Of a stretch of 14,698 bases of DNA, positions 1 to 8,477 are shown in pieces; the first letter of the stretch is position 1, and each line of letters opens with the position of its first letter. A model generated the notes under the pieces. It worked only from the letters and a program-made list of their open reading frames with translations, had not been told where the DNA came from and ran no database searches. The translations under genes were made by a program, and so were the position numbers. Source of the stretch: Candidatus Methanomethylicia archaeon (GTDB taxonomy: Archaea > Thermoproteota > Methanomethylicia > CALHIW01); contig JAWBQF010000046.1 of the NCBI GenBank assembly GCA_038845975.1, positions 1-14,698 on the forward strand. Direction: 5' to 3'.

Positions 1-88
1 GAACAGTTTCAATATTGAAAACTCTACGAATAAATGATGCTAAAGACCTACACCATAAACATACATCATCAAAAACAATAAAACCCAT
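1..88 (-). CDS. DCC1-like thiol-disulfide oxidoreductase (DUF393 family), 5' part; runs off the left edge
   Basis: Manual translation from ATG at 88: MGFIVFDDVCLWCRSLASFIRRVFNIETV..., open to position 1. It carries the N-terminal DxxCxxC signature (DDVCLWC) after a hydrophobic strand. A GGTG SD-like motif lies just upstream and an AT-rich TATA-like run is at about 116-125. Not in the ORF track. Confidence 0.75.
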   Translation of the reverse strand, partial: MGFIVFDDVCLWCRSLASFIRRVFNIETV

Positions 89-388
89 AAACACCAATAA
101 ATAATAGGAGAACCAATATATATATTGTTGTCAAAAATATTCCGGAAGGAATCAATGGTAAATTAGTTATAGTTTTTCATTTTGTAATAAATTGTAATAT
201 TATGTTTAGTCTTGAAGTATTTAATGGAAACTAGAATTTATCAAATTATAATGCCCCTAAGATTTGAGTCTATCTTGGAAAACAATAGCTAAAAGTATGG
301 GGTTGTTACGGCTTTAATTTTCAAGATTAAACACTAAGTATTCCCTCCTTAACAAGAGTGAAATTTATGGTAAACAATTTCTGGAGTC

Positions 389-420
389 TCAATTATATAA
401 TCCGGTAGTTACATAATTGA
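389..420. repeat. Inverted repeat / hairpin (12-bp arms, 1 mismatch, 8-nt loop)
   Basis: TCAATTATATAA (389-400), loop TCCGGTAG, TTACATAATTGA (409-420). It lies 23 nt past the ATPase stop codon. Confidence 0.5.
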
Positions 421-443
421 ATGTTTAATTAGCTTTCCTAAGT

Positions 444-1463
444 TTATATTTTAAGTTCTTTTAGAGCATTAATTATTAGATCTCTATACATAGGTATTTG
501 CCAGGCATATCTTCCTCCAATTCCAATCTCTCTCTGTACAGGTATCTCGCTACCTGTTAGTGTAGTCCAGTCTTTAAGTATTAGGAGATTTGTTTCTACT
601 AGGATTTCCTTTAATTTATTTATTTCACGATTAAAGGTCTTATCAAAGACTGTTACATCCTTAACTGCTTCCTCTAGTAGATTATCTAGATCTTTACTAA
701 TTATTTCTTCAACAACATTCTTAACTCTGCTAGTATAGGCTTTCTTCATATTCTCAGTATTCCATTCATATTTTTCAGCAAGTTCAACTAGTTTACCTGG
801 GTTCCCACCGAGAAGTATCCATATGTCCTCAAATTTAATACTGTTAGGTGGATTTAACTCATGGAACATTTCTTCAAATGAGTTTTTATCAAGGTTCCAG
901 AGAAGTGTAGGGCTTGCATGTCTATGTCTTGAGACTAGATTTAAGCTAGCTCCTTCAGATGTGGTTGCTATGAAGTTTATTGTTTTAGGCTTATATTCAT
1001 CATAAAGCTTCTCCATTAATCCCTGAAGCCACCTAACATATCTTTCAATTTCATTCGGTCCTATAGCCTTAACAACATCATCGATAACCACAAGAATATA
1101 CTTATCTTTCAATTTCCACCCAATAATTTTCTCCAGTATTGTTGATATATGTTCAGCTAAAATTCTACCAATACTAAAACCAGTAAATTTCTCGATTATA
1201 GATGTAAGAATATTTTCAGCAAGCTTTACTGGCTGTGAGGTTAGTAAAGCTTTATCTATAGAATCCCTTTCTAAAGCATCTATATATATAGCTATAGAAT
1301 CCCTATCTAGAAGTCTATTAAACCTCTTAACAAACTCTTTAAGAAGTCTAGTTTTACCACATCCTTCAGGACCGAAAATATAGAGCGGTATGTATCTATA
1401 TCGGCTGCAGAAATTCCTCAATACTTCAAATTCTCTAACCCTATTGATGAATCTAATCTCCAA
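444..1463 (-). CDS. Archaeal ATPase (P-loop, ATPase_2/STAND-like family)
   Basis: N-terminal FINRxRE motif, Walker A GPEGCGKT, Walker B ILVVIDD, sensor-like TTSEG and GGNP motif. TTG start preceded by GGGTGGAG SD. Confidence 0.9.
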   Translation of the reverse strand: MEIRFINRVREFEVLRNFCSRYRYIPLYIFGPEGCGKTRLLKEFVKRFNRLLDRDSIAIYIDALERDSIDKALLTSQPVKLAENILTSIIEKFTGFSIGRILAEHISTILEKIIGWKLKDKYILVVIDDVVKAIGPNEIERYVRWLQGLMEKLYDEYKPKTINFIATTSEGASLNLVSRHRHASPTLLWNLDKNSFEEMFHELNPPNSIKFEDIWILLGGNPGKLVELAEKYEWNTENMKKAYTSRVKNVVEEIISKDLDNLLEEAVKDVTVFDKTFNREINKLKEILVETNLLILKDWTTLTGSEIPVQREIGIGGRYAWQIPMYRDLIINALKELKI

Positions 1464-1543
1464 TATAACTCCACCCTAAAATCATACAATAGCAGTTATA
1501 TTTACACTAGTTACATTGATATAAATTTTCCCATATAGAAGTA

Positions 1544-1600
1544 GACATGTAAACTTAAACATTCCATAATCTTCATTACATTGTAACTTATGAATCTCCA
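1544..1600 (-). mobile_element. Degenerate IS6-like right-end relic
   Basis: The minus strand reads GATTCATAAGTTACAAT...ATGTTTAAGTTTACATGTC. The IS end at 3220-3280 reads GAATTCATAGAAGATACAAT...ATGCTTAAGTTAACAAAGCC. Aligned by eye. Confidence 0.4.
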
Positions 1601-1635
1601 CATTTCCATTTTATACATTGTATATGTTATTGATT

Positions 1636-2418
1636 TTAGATGCTATGAGTTAGATAGTCAAATCTTCCTCCATCCACAACTATTATTTGACCTGTTATAA
1701 AGCTTGACTCGTCAGATGCTAGGAATAATGCTGTATTTGCAACATCTTGGGGGTCTCCAATTCTTCTTAAGGCAGTTACATTTATTTTCTCCTTAATAAA
1801 CTTCATCAACTCCTCCTCACTCCTCCCTAAACTCAGCATTTCTGTTTTAATTAATCCTGGAGCAATAGCGTTTACATTGATGTTATATGGTCCAAGCTCA
1901 TATGCAAATCTCCTCGTTAGAATATTGATGGCGGCCTTAGATGAAGCATAAGCAACATGCCCCCTAATTGTTGTACCTATACCTGCAATCGATGATATGT
2001 TAATTATCTTACCATAGTGTTGCTTAATCATGTGGGGGGCTACTGCCTGTATACAGTAGTAGACTCCTAGAAGATTAACATTGATTATTTCCCTCCACTC
2101 ATCATCACTAGCCTCTAATATGTTTGTATTACGTAAAGTAATCCCAGCATTATTTACTAGAATATCTATTCTACCAAACTCTTCAAGTATCTTGTTAACC
2201 ATTTTAAACACATCATCTCTAACAGCAACATTAGCCTGTATAGCGATTGCTCTCCCACCAAACCCGGTAATTTCATTAACTACTTCCTCAGCCTTCTCTC
2301 TATTCCTCACATAGTTTATAGCTACATATGAGCCTTCCCTAGCAAAAGTTAATGCTATTGCCCTACCAATACCTCTAGATCCACCAGTAACTAGGGAAAC
2401 CCTATCCTTCAACCTCAT
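1636..2418 (-). CDS. Classical short-chain dehydrogenase/reductase (FabG-like SDR)
   Basis: TGGSRGIG cofactor motif, NNAG, catalytic YASSK (YxxxK) and C-terminal ITGQxxxVDGG. ATG at 2418 is preferred over GTG at 2424 because a TTTTTATA box lies 21 nt upstream. The AGIGT and DGGRxDxLTHS motifs resemble, from memory, a crenarchaeal alcohol dehydrogenase SDR subgroup. Confidence 0.93.
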   Translation of the reverse strand: MRLKDRVSLVTGGSRGIGRAIALTFAREGSYVAINYVRNREKAEEVVNEITGFGGRAIAIQANVAVRDDVFKMVNKILEEFGRIDILVNNAGITLRNTNILEASDDEWREIINVNLLGVYYCIQAVAPHMIKQHYGKIINISSIAGIGTTIRGHVAYASSKAAINILTRRFAYELGPYNINVNAIAPGLIKTEMLSLGRSEEELMKFIKEKINVTALRRIGDPQDVANTALFLASDESSFITGQIIVVDGGRFDYLTHSI

Positions 2419-2439
2419 AAACACACATACAGCTACAAA

Positions 2440-2452
2440 TATAAAAACTTTA
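2440..2452 (-). promoter_or_regulatory. BRE/TATA promoter of the SDR gene (leaderless-type spacing)
   Basis: Minus strand TAAAG-TTTTTATA, ending 21 nt before ATG 2418. Confidence 0.6.
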
Positions 2453-2574
2453 ACCTATAACTTAAAATGCTAATGCTAGTCCTATGCTTAAGACATTTAA
2501 GACCCTTCCATTATTCAGAATTACTATAATTATCTAAGAGTTCCCATATAAGTACTAAATGAGTAGGTTTAGCT

Positions 2575-3280
2575 GCTTTGTGAACTTTAGATTTATTTGT
2601 GAGTTCCCTCCCCTATTTATGGTGATGATATATCTAAAGTTATTAGGTTTGTAGGGAGAGAACCCTCATTTACTCTAGTTGTTTATTGCTTATATATTTC
2701 CGTTCATCTAGAATGGCTTCGGATATTTTAAGCTTTATTGTTTAGGTTATGTATCTATATTATCGTGGTTTATCTTAAGCTATTTGATTTTGATGGGAGG
2801 GATGCTAGGATTATGGTTGATGATACTATTATAAGTAGGTTTTAAGAGAAGGTTATTTATGTTGTGTTTGAGTCATTATTGAGGAGGATTCTCTACATAT
2901 GGGTTTTTATGTTGCAACATGCTTACATTTCTAACATTCCTTAGAAGATTAGAGCTATCTGCGGTTAATATAGTTGTATTAAGTGATGGTGCTCATTATT
3001 ATAAAGCATCATGTAGAATATTAAACTTAAAACATTGTATAGTTTAGAGGTTAGAATTAATGGATGGAATAATACAGTATGTTAAGGATAGAACTAAGCT
3101 ATTCGATAATTATATACCTTGTATGAAGGATAAATGCGGTAATGAACATGCATTAATTCTTATGAAGTCAATAGCATACATACTGAACAAACATGGATTA
3201 ACAGGAAAATAAAAGCTAAGAATTCATAGAAGATACAATACCAAAATAGAGGTAATAAACATGCTTAAGTTAACAAAGCC
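2575..3280 (+). mobile_element. Decayed full-length IS6-family insertion sequence (about 706 bp)
   Basis: The right TIR AAGTTAACAAAGCC (3267-3280) is the reverse complement of GGCTTTGTTAACTT. The left end reads GCTTTGTGAACTT from 2575. Flanks GTTTAGCT (2567-2574) and GCTTAGCT (3281-3288) match 7/8, consistent with an 8-bp target duplication. Size, GG-starting TIR and 8-bp DR fit IS6. Confidence 0.85.
2630..3280 (+). pseudogene. IS6-family DDE transposase pseudogene (multiple frameshifts and stops)
   Basis: Fragments across frames: GRDARIMVDDTII (first Asp, about 2819), KVIYVVFESLLRRILYIWVF, IVVLSDGAHYYKASCRILNLKH (second Asp at 2985) and IQYVKDRTKLFDNYIPCMKDKC. The start is ATA (2630) where the copy at 14565 has ATG. 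Confidence 0.85.
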
Positions 3281-3372
3281 GCTTAGCTTCGAGTAAAGTT
3301 TAAATACTCTATTAAAAGTACTGGTATTTATAGGGAATAGTGATTAAGCTCCATACCTAAGTAGGGGTAGAA

Positions 3373-3903
3373 ATGTTTAATCAAAGACAGGATGACTTCT
3401 TTGATGTTTGTAGGAAGTGTAAGATAGACTGTTGTAGAAACGCTAAACCCCCAATAACTCGAAAACGTATGGAAACCATAGAAGAATACATTAAACAGCA
3501 AGGAATTCATATTGAAGATCCATTTGTGAAGGAGGACTATATATTTCCAAGAGAGAATAATGAGGGTTTCTGCGTATTTTTCGATAAGGAAAGTAGAAAA
3601 TGTAAAATTCATCCAGTTAAGCCGGAAACATGTGTGGCTGGACCAGTAACATTTGATATTAATCCAGCCACGCGGAAAATTGAATGGTATTTAAAAATGG
3701 AGAAAATATGTCCCCTAGCTGGAAAGCTGTATAGAAATAAAGAGAAACTTAGAAAACACTTAAAATCAGCTAAGAAGGAAATATTAAAGCTCATCCGGGA
3801 ACTTGATTCTACAGCTTTACAGACAATACTAAAAATAGAGGAGCCTGAAACCTTTAAGATAGGTGAAGATGAAGTAGATAACGATATTTTAAATAAAATC
3901 TGA
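3373..3903 (+). CDS. YkgJ-family (CxxCxxCC-type) Zn/Fe-S cluster cysteine protein
   Basis: CRKCKIDCC, then CVFFD....CKIH..KPETC..GP and a later CP. This is the Cys spacing typical of the family. Confidence 0.88.
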   Translation: MFNQRQDDFFDVCRKCKIDCCRNAKPPITRKRMETIEEYIKQQGIHIEDPFVKEDYIFPRENNEGFCVFFDKESRKCKIHPVKPETCVAGPVTFDINPATRKIEWYLKMEKICPLAGKLYRNKEKLRKHLKSAKKEILKLIRELDSTALQTILKIEEPETFKIGEDEVDNDILNKI

Positions 3904-3954
3904 AGCATTTAGATATATGGTATTTTGAAGCCTTCCAACTATTATTAAATGGTC

Positions 3955-4052
3955 TCATAATAAACAGAACATGGATTAGAAGAAAAGTAAACACTAAAAT
4001 TCATAGAGAATACACTATTAAGAAGTGATGAAATGCCTAAGTTATAGAATTC
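3955..4052 (+). mobile_element. Partial IS6-like right-end relic
   Basis: AACATGGATTAGAAGAAAAGTAAACACTAAAATTCATAGAGAATACA...ATGCCTAAGTTA aligns with AACATGGATTAACAGGAAAATAAAAGCTAAGAATTCATAGAAGATACA...ATGCTTAAGTTA (3189-3272). Confidence 0.65.
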
Positions 4053-4117
4053 TTAGAATAAGCTTAAAATGTTTATCTAACGTAATGTTTAAATTTATAA
4101 TTATCTGAATAAAATTT

Positions 4118-5317
4118 ATGAATGGTCGTAATGATCTTTATGGATGGCTTGTAGTTGTAGCTGCTTTTCTTGTAATGTTTATTGAATGTATACTTTATAT
4201 TTACGGTGTTTTTCTAAAGCCTCTTATTGAGGAATTCGGATGGTTACGTGGATCAGCATCATCTATTCATGCTGTAATGATGGCTACATATACAGTAACA
4301 GTAATTCCAATGGGTAGACTCTATGATAGATATGGTCCAGATAAATTAATGATTGCTAGCTGTATTCTAGTTGGTTTAGGATTAATGTTAAGTAGTACTG
4401 TATCTTCAATTTGGCAGCTATATTTTACGTTTAGCATAATGCTGGGACTTGGCTTCAGTCCAATATATTTATCCTCTATGTCAACTGTTTTAAGGAGAAT
4501 TACATCGAGAAGTGGGTTAGCAGTAGGAGTAGCAACCTCGGGAATTGGAGTTGGACAATTAATAATGGCTCCAGTTCTAACTTACATTATAGGTATTTAT
4601 GGTTGGAGGAATGCCTTCATAGTAAGCGGTATATTTTCAATGTTTATAATCGCATTATCTACAATCATTATAAGTAATACATATAAAAGCTTAAGAATAA
4701 ATATCTATAGTAATGATGAACTGTATAGAGGGGAAACACTAGGTAAGGCTTTAAGAACATGGACTTTCAAAATGGTTTATTTCAGCTATATATTAGCCTG
4801 TCTTGCCCTCTTCATGGTTTTAGTACATATGGTTCCCTATAGTATAGATATTGGTATAGATCCATTAACAGCATCATACTGGCTGGGGCTAATTGGGGTT
4901 TCAAGTGTACCTGGAAGAATTGTTATGGGGTTTATATCAGATAGAATTGGGAAGGCTAACACCTTTGCCTTATGTTGTTTACTTGAGAGTCTCCTCATAC
5001 CATTACTTCTTACCGGTAAACATCTATTACTATCCATATTTGCAGTGTTTTTCGGATTTTTCTATGGTGGATGGATGGCTATGTATGCTCCATTAATTAG
5101 TGAGCTTTTCGGACTTAAGCATATAGGTAGTATATTGGGAACTATTGCTACAGCTTTTGGGATTGGAGGGACATTAGGACCAACATTTGCAGGATACTTA
5201 TTTGATGTTCTTGGAAGCTATACGATGGCCTTTATAATATGTATGATTATGTTCGTAATTGTATCTCTACTAATCATGGGGTTAAGAAGTAGTTTAAAGC
5301 TTAAATATAAGCTATAA
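4118..5317 (+). CDS. MFS transporter (OFA/monocarboxylate-like)
   Basis: About 12 hydrophobic segments, MFS motif A in both halves (GRLYDRYG; GFISDRIG), N-terminal YGWLVV and GWRNAF. Confidence 0.92.
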   Translation: MNGRNDLYGWLVVVAAFLVMFIECILYIYGVFLKPLIEEFGWLRGSASSIHAVMMATYTVTVIPMGRLYDRYGPDKLMIASCILVGLGLMLSSTVSSIWQLYFTFSIMLGLGFSPIYLSSMSTVLRRITSRSGLAVGVATSGIGVGQLIMAPVLTYIIGIYGWRNAFIVSGIFSMFIIALSTIIISNTYKSLRINIYSNDELYRGETLGKALRTWTFKMVYFSYILACLALFMVLVHMVPYSIDIGIDPLTASYWLGLIGVSSVPGRIVMGFISDRIGKANTFALCCLLESLLIPLLLTGKHLLLSIFAVFFGFFYGGWMAMYAPLISELFGLKHIGSILGTIATAFGIGGTLGPTFAGYLFDVLGSYTMAFIICMIMFVIVSLLIMGLRSSLKLKYKL

Positions 5318-5437
5318 TTCACCTATACTTAAAGCTCATATCTTAACTATCGATTCTGAATGGGTTGCTATAAGGAATTAGTAGCAAAGCTGTAGAGAAT
5401 TATTAAAATATGTTTAATGATTAAGCTTTCTATAACT

Positions 5438-6247
5438 TTACATAATGGATATTATTGGCTGTAAAACCATTCTTAAACCTATAAAGATCAGGAATATTCC
5501 GAAAGCTCTTTTCAACTGTTTAGGTTTTATCCTCTTAGCAATATATGCTCCTAATTGAGCTCCTAAGGCTATGAAGAATCCTGCTGTTACACCATATGTT
5601 AAGTCTACGTTTCCTATTGTTAAATGTGTTAGTAGACTTGATGTTGATGTAAACATCATTGTAAACATTGATGTAGCGACAGCAATATGTATTGGTAAAC
5701 CCATAAGTATAACCATAAGGGAGACAACAATAATTCCACCACCAACACCGAAAAATCCACTAATAAATCCAGCTAGAAAACCAACAATTAAACTAAAACC
5801 TACTGATACATGGTATTCAAATTTCTCCCCATCCCTATCCATAATAATCCTCTTTAAGCTTCCCCTAACCCTACTTCTAAATTCTCTATTAGCTGTAAGT
5901 ATCATGTAGAGTGAGATAAAAACTAGAAATAAGCCGAAGAGAGATGTTAACACTATAGAGGAGAAAAGCTTTGTAGTATAGGCTCCTAGGCTAGCACCAA
6001 CAATGCTTGTTATAGCTAAAACTATACCGACAATCTTATCAACTCTTCCCTGTCTAAGATATGCTATACTTGCTGATAAAGCTGTAAAGAATATTGCAAA
6101 ACTACTTGTACCTACAGCTCTATGAGCTGTAAAACCGAGAATTAAGTTAAATATTGGAACCATAAGAAAGCCTCCACCAACACCAATCATAGCTGAAACA
6201 ATACCGACAATAAATATTCCAAACCCAAACAATACTATTCCAATCAT
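5438..6247 (-). CDS. TSUP family (TauE/SafE) sulfite/sulfur-compound exporter
   Basis: Internally duplicated GVGGG...AVGTS / GVGGG...AVATS signature; about 8 TM segments; 269 aa. Confidence 0.92.
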   Translation of the reverse strand: MIGIVLFGFGIFIVGIVSAMIGVGGGFLMVPIFNLILGFTAHRAVGTSSFAIFFTALSASIAYLRQGRVDKIVGIVLAITSIVGASLGAYTTKLFSSIVLTSLFGLFLVFISLYMILTANREFRSRVRGSLKRIIMDRDGEKFEYHVSVGFSLIVGFLAGFISGFFGVGGGIIVVSLMVILMGLPIHIAVATSMFTMMFTSTSSLLTHLTIGNVDLTYGVTAGFFIALGAQLGAYIAKRIKPKQLKRAFGIFLIFIGLRMVLQPIISIM

Positions 6248-6594
6248 ATCAGCAAATCTAGAGCTTAAACATTCATATTTATAAGTTTTTCCACATTATT
6301 AAGATTAAATTAAAATGGAAGAATACCTTAGCTGGAAGCCTAGATTTACAGAATTAAAGTAGTAACTAATACCTAAACTATTCTTACTGATTTCCCCAAT
6401 AATTCTCGCATTTTAACTAGTTTATTAAGAATTTTAAATCAATATCTTCATCCCTATGTGTTTCTAATGGGATTCATAATAGTGTAAATAGATTATGTAG
6501 ATATTCTATTCTAATGATTGATTTATGATATGGATGTAAGCTTAGCTTTAAGTTAGCTATAAGTATAGAGTCCGCTCTTGAAGATAGATGTGGG

Positions 6595-6870
6595 AGATAG
6601 TGAAAGAATCTTATCAATTCTTCCCTGTCTAAGATGTGATAAGCATTATTAAGATGTCTTTTAGCCATGGAGCATCATTAATTATGAATTTGGTTTTGCT
6701 ATTGCAGTATTTTAAACGCCTTTAAAGAAGAATTCTAAGATTAAGAGTTCCTTGTTAGGTAACTCTCATCTTTAAGGAAGAACCATAGATTCTCTATGTC
6801 GATTTCTGTTAGGAGTTCAACAAGTCAACTAAGTCAGCTACTTTCTCCAGATTAACTGTAATCCATATAA
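6595..6870 (-). pseudogene. Remnant of a second type of IS6-family transposase
   Basis: Joining frames gives ILIWITVNLEK ... TRNS/LILEFFFKGV/KYCNSKTKFIINDAPWLKDILIML ... LIRFFHYL. This resembles the archaeal IS6 core (W-A-I-D ... R ... FLK.VL..C.NKP.FIVD..PW ... IERFF). No TIRs were found and the boundaries are approximate. Confidence 0.55.
6607..6635. repeat. 29-nt direct copy of TSUP coding sequence 6032-6060
   Basis: AATCTTATCAATTCTTCCCTGTCTAAGAT versus AATCTTATCAACTCTTCCCTGTCTAAGAT: 28/29 identical, same orientation, 575 bp apart. Confidence 0.9.
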
Positions 6871-7117
6871 GGATATCTATTTTATTCAATAAACAATGCC
6901 TTTTCTTAAAAGATTAAGAATTCATCTTCTAAATAGTATCTACATGCGTTTTTAATATTGTAATCTGGGATGTCTACATTTTCAAATATGAAGTAGAATT
7001 TTAGCAATACAGGTAAAGTAACTTTAGTCCATAGCTGTTTTTATTATGAAATGAACGAGATGATTAATATATTCTAAGTTGTTTTTAATTTTCTTCAGCA
7101 ATAGATCTGCTAATAAG

Positions 7118-7232
7118 TTACATGCTCCATAAGGATTTGCCAAGAACTTTAACTAATGCAATCATTACGTCCAGTCATTTTTGTACTTCTGGATCCCTTA
7201 ATGTTCTCAACAATCCAAAATGTCAATTTTCA
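7118..7232 (-). pseudogene. DUF1641-family C-terminal fragment
   Basis: FGLLRTLRDPEVQK*LDVMIALVKVLGKSLWSM* matches the family pattern GLL..L.DP.VQ.GLG......K.LGK. There is an in-frame TGA at 7177-7175 where Gly is expected, a frameshift upstream and no N-terminus. Confidence 0.7.
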
Positions 7233-7504
7233 ATATGTCATGAATAACATCGATTATGTCATTGATTCATGAATACTAATAACATGATGAATTAATACGT
7301 AGAGTATTCAAGAATAAAGATGAAATAGCTGAGTAGTTAGGAATACAGTAATGAAGAACATAATCGATAATGGAGAGATACGGTAAAATTAGCAAAATAT
7401 TCAAGATTTACATTGATGTACTAGACTCCATATTTATCAAAATTCCAATTATAGCATTACTTAGCTATCCAGTTAGATGTAATGTATTCAATTCTCTAAA
7501 TTTA

Positions 7505-8050
7505 TTAGTCAATACAGTTTACTACACCATTCTTATTAATTGTTTTATCTTTTAGAAGCATTTCAGCTACCCACCTAGCTACCTTTCCAGATACCTCTGG
7601 ACATTTATCTCTATGTCCACCCATTCTTTCAAACTCCTTATATTCTTCAGGATCCCATAGGTTGAAAGATCTTCCGAAGATCTTATTTTGAACATCTTTA
7701 CATATACAGCTTCCAAACTCCTCCACAAATCTATCGTAAAGCCTTTTTGCCATTATGTATGATTTAAGAAATCTACCCTTATCCATATCCTTCAGTTCTC
7801 TACCATAGAAAAAACTTAATGCCATAACTCCTCCAACTAGAGCACCGCAACTACCATTTCCGGAAAGACCTAAGCCTCCAGCTAATGCGTGGGATACCTT
7901 AATTACAATATCCATATTTTTAATTTGGAAAACCTCACATATTGCTCTTAATATGGCTTGAGGACAACTTCCATAGCTAGCCTCATATTTAAAAGCAAGA
8001 TTATATACTCTATTCAGTATTTCCCCTTTACTTTTATCCTCTATAGCCAT
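7505..8050 (-). CDS. C_GCAxxG_C_C family putative redox-active protein
   Basis: CPQA, GGLG...SCGALVGG, F..EFGS..CKD and a late Cys (DKCP). A TTTTTAAG box lies 22 nt upstream. Confidence 0.9.
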   Translation of the reverse strand: MAIEDKSKGEILNRVYNLAFKYEASYGSCPQAILRAICEVFQIKNMDIVIKVSHALAGGLGLSGNGSCGALVGGVMALSFFYGRELKDMDKGRFLKSYIMAKRLYDRFVEEFGSCICKDVQNKIFGRSFNLWDPEEYKEFERMGGHRDKCPEVSGKVARWVAEMLLKDKTINKNGVVNCID

Positions 8051-8072
8051 GGAGGAAGTGAAACTGAGAAAT

Positions 8073-8085
8073 CTTAAAAACTTTA
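8073..8085 (-). promoter_or_regulatory. BRE/TATA promoter of the C_GCAxxG_C_C gene
   Basis: Minus strand TAAAG-TTTTTAAG, ending 22 nt before ATG 8050. Confidence 0.55.
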
Positions 8086-8127
8086 TGTTTTCATATTCTT
8101 AGCGAAATAGTTAGATTTAATTTTACA

Positions 8128-8477
8128 CTATCTTATTAATGCTTTAATAAGTTCTATTAGATTTTTTGCTATTTCTAAAGCTTCTCTTGCCTCCCCTTCT
8201 GTGATTTCTTCATCATCATAATCCGCTTTTTTCTAAGCTCATATAGATGTAGCATAAGCTTTGCCTCATTTTCATAGCCTATATGTTTTAATATATTGGC
8301 TAGTTTATCATCTCTTCTAGGTATTGGCATCTTCATTTTTACAACTAGATGTTCTAACATCTTCCTAATTGTAAAATAACTTGCAGATACACATTTATTA
8401 AAGTTTCCGAGTTCAAAGTCTAGCTTAGCTTCACTCATAAGTCTTTCTGATTTCTCTAAATTTTTCAATGGTTTCAC
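8128..8477 (-). pseudogene. HEPN-domain protein interrupted by a -1 frameshift (pseudogene, programmed frameshift or sequence error)
   Basis: Frame 0 from GTG 8477 gives ...AKLDFELGNFNKCVSASYF...LYELRKK. The -1 frame from 8226 continues ADYDDEEITEGEAREALEIAKNLIELIKALIR to TAG at 8130-8128. This restores RKKADY and the typical HEPN C-terminal helix (116 aa in total). Confidence 0.85.

Noticed and set aside
6607-6635. TSUP copy as a CRISPR spacer or DGR template repeat
   Set aside because: No flanking CRISPR repeats, cas genes or reverse transcriptase in the window; it is too short for a DGR template and has a single mismatch.
6474-6668. 64-aa ORF as a real gene
   Set aside because: It starts inside the transposase remnant and spans the TSUP-derived 29-mer, so it is better explained as a chance frame.
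7175-7177. In-frame TGA in the DUF1641 fragment as selenocysteine or readthrough
   Set aside because: The position corresponds to Gly (GGA to TGA), and the fragment is also frameshifted and has no start.
7284-7332. Possible C/D box sRNA (ATGATGA ... CTGA); similar pair at 4025-4108
   Set aside because: There are no properly spaced D'/C' boxes with 10-12-nt guides, and the second case overlaps an IS relic.
7370-7555. 61-aa + strand ORF
   Set aside because: No motif, overlaps the 3' end of the convergent gene, and has no convincing promoter or SD.
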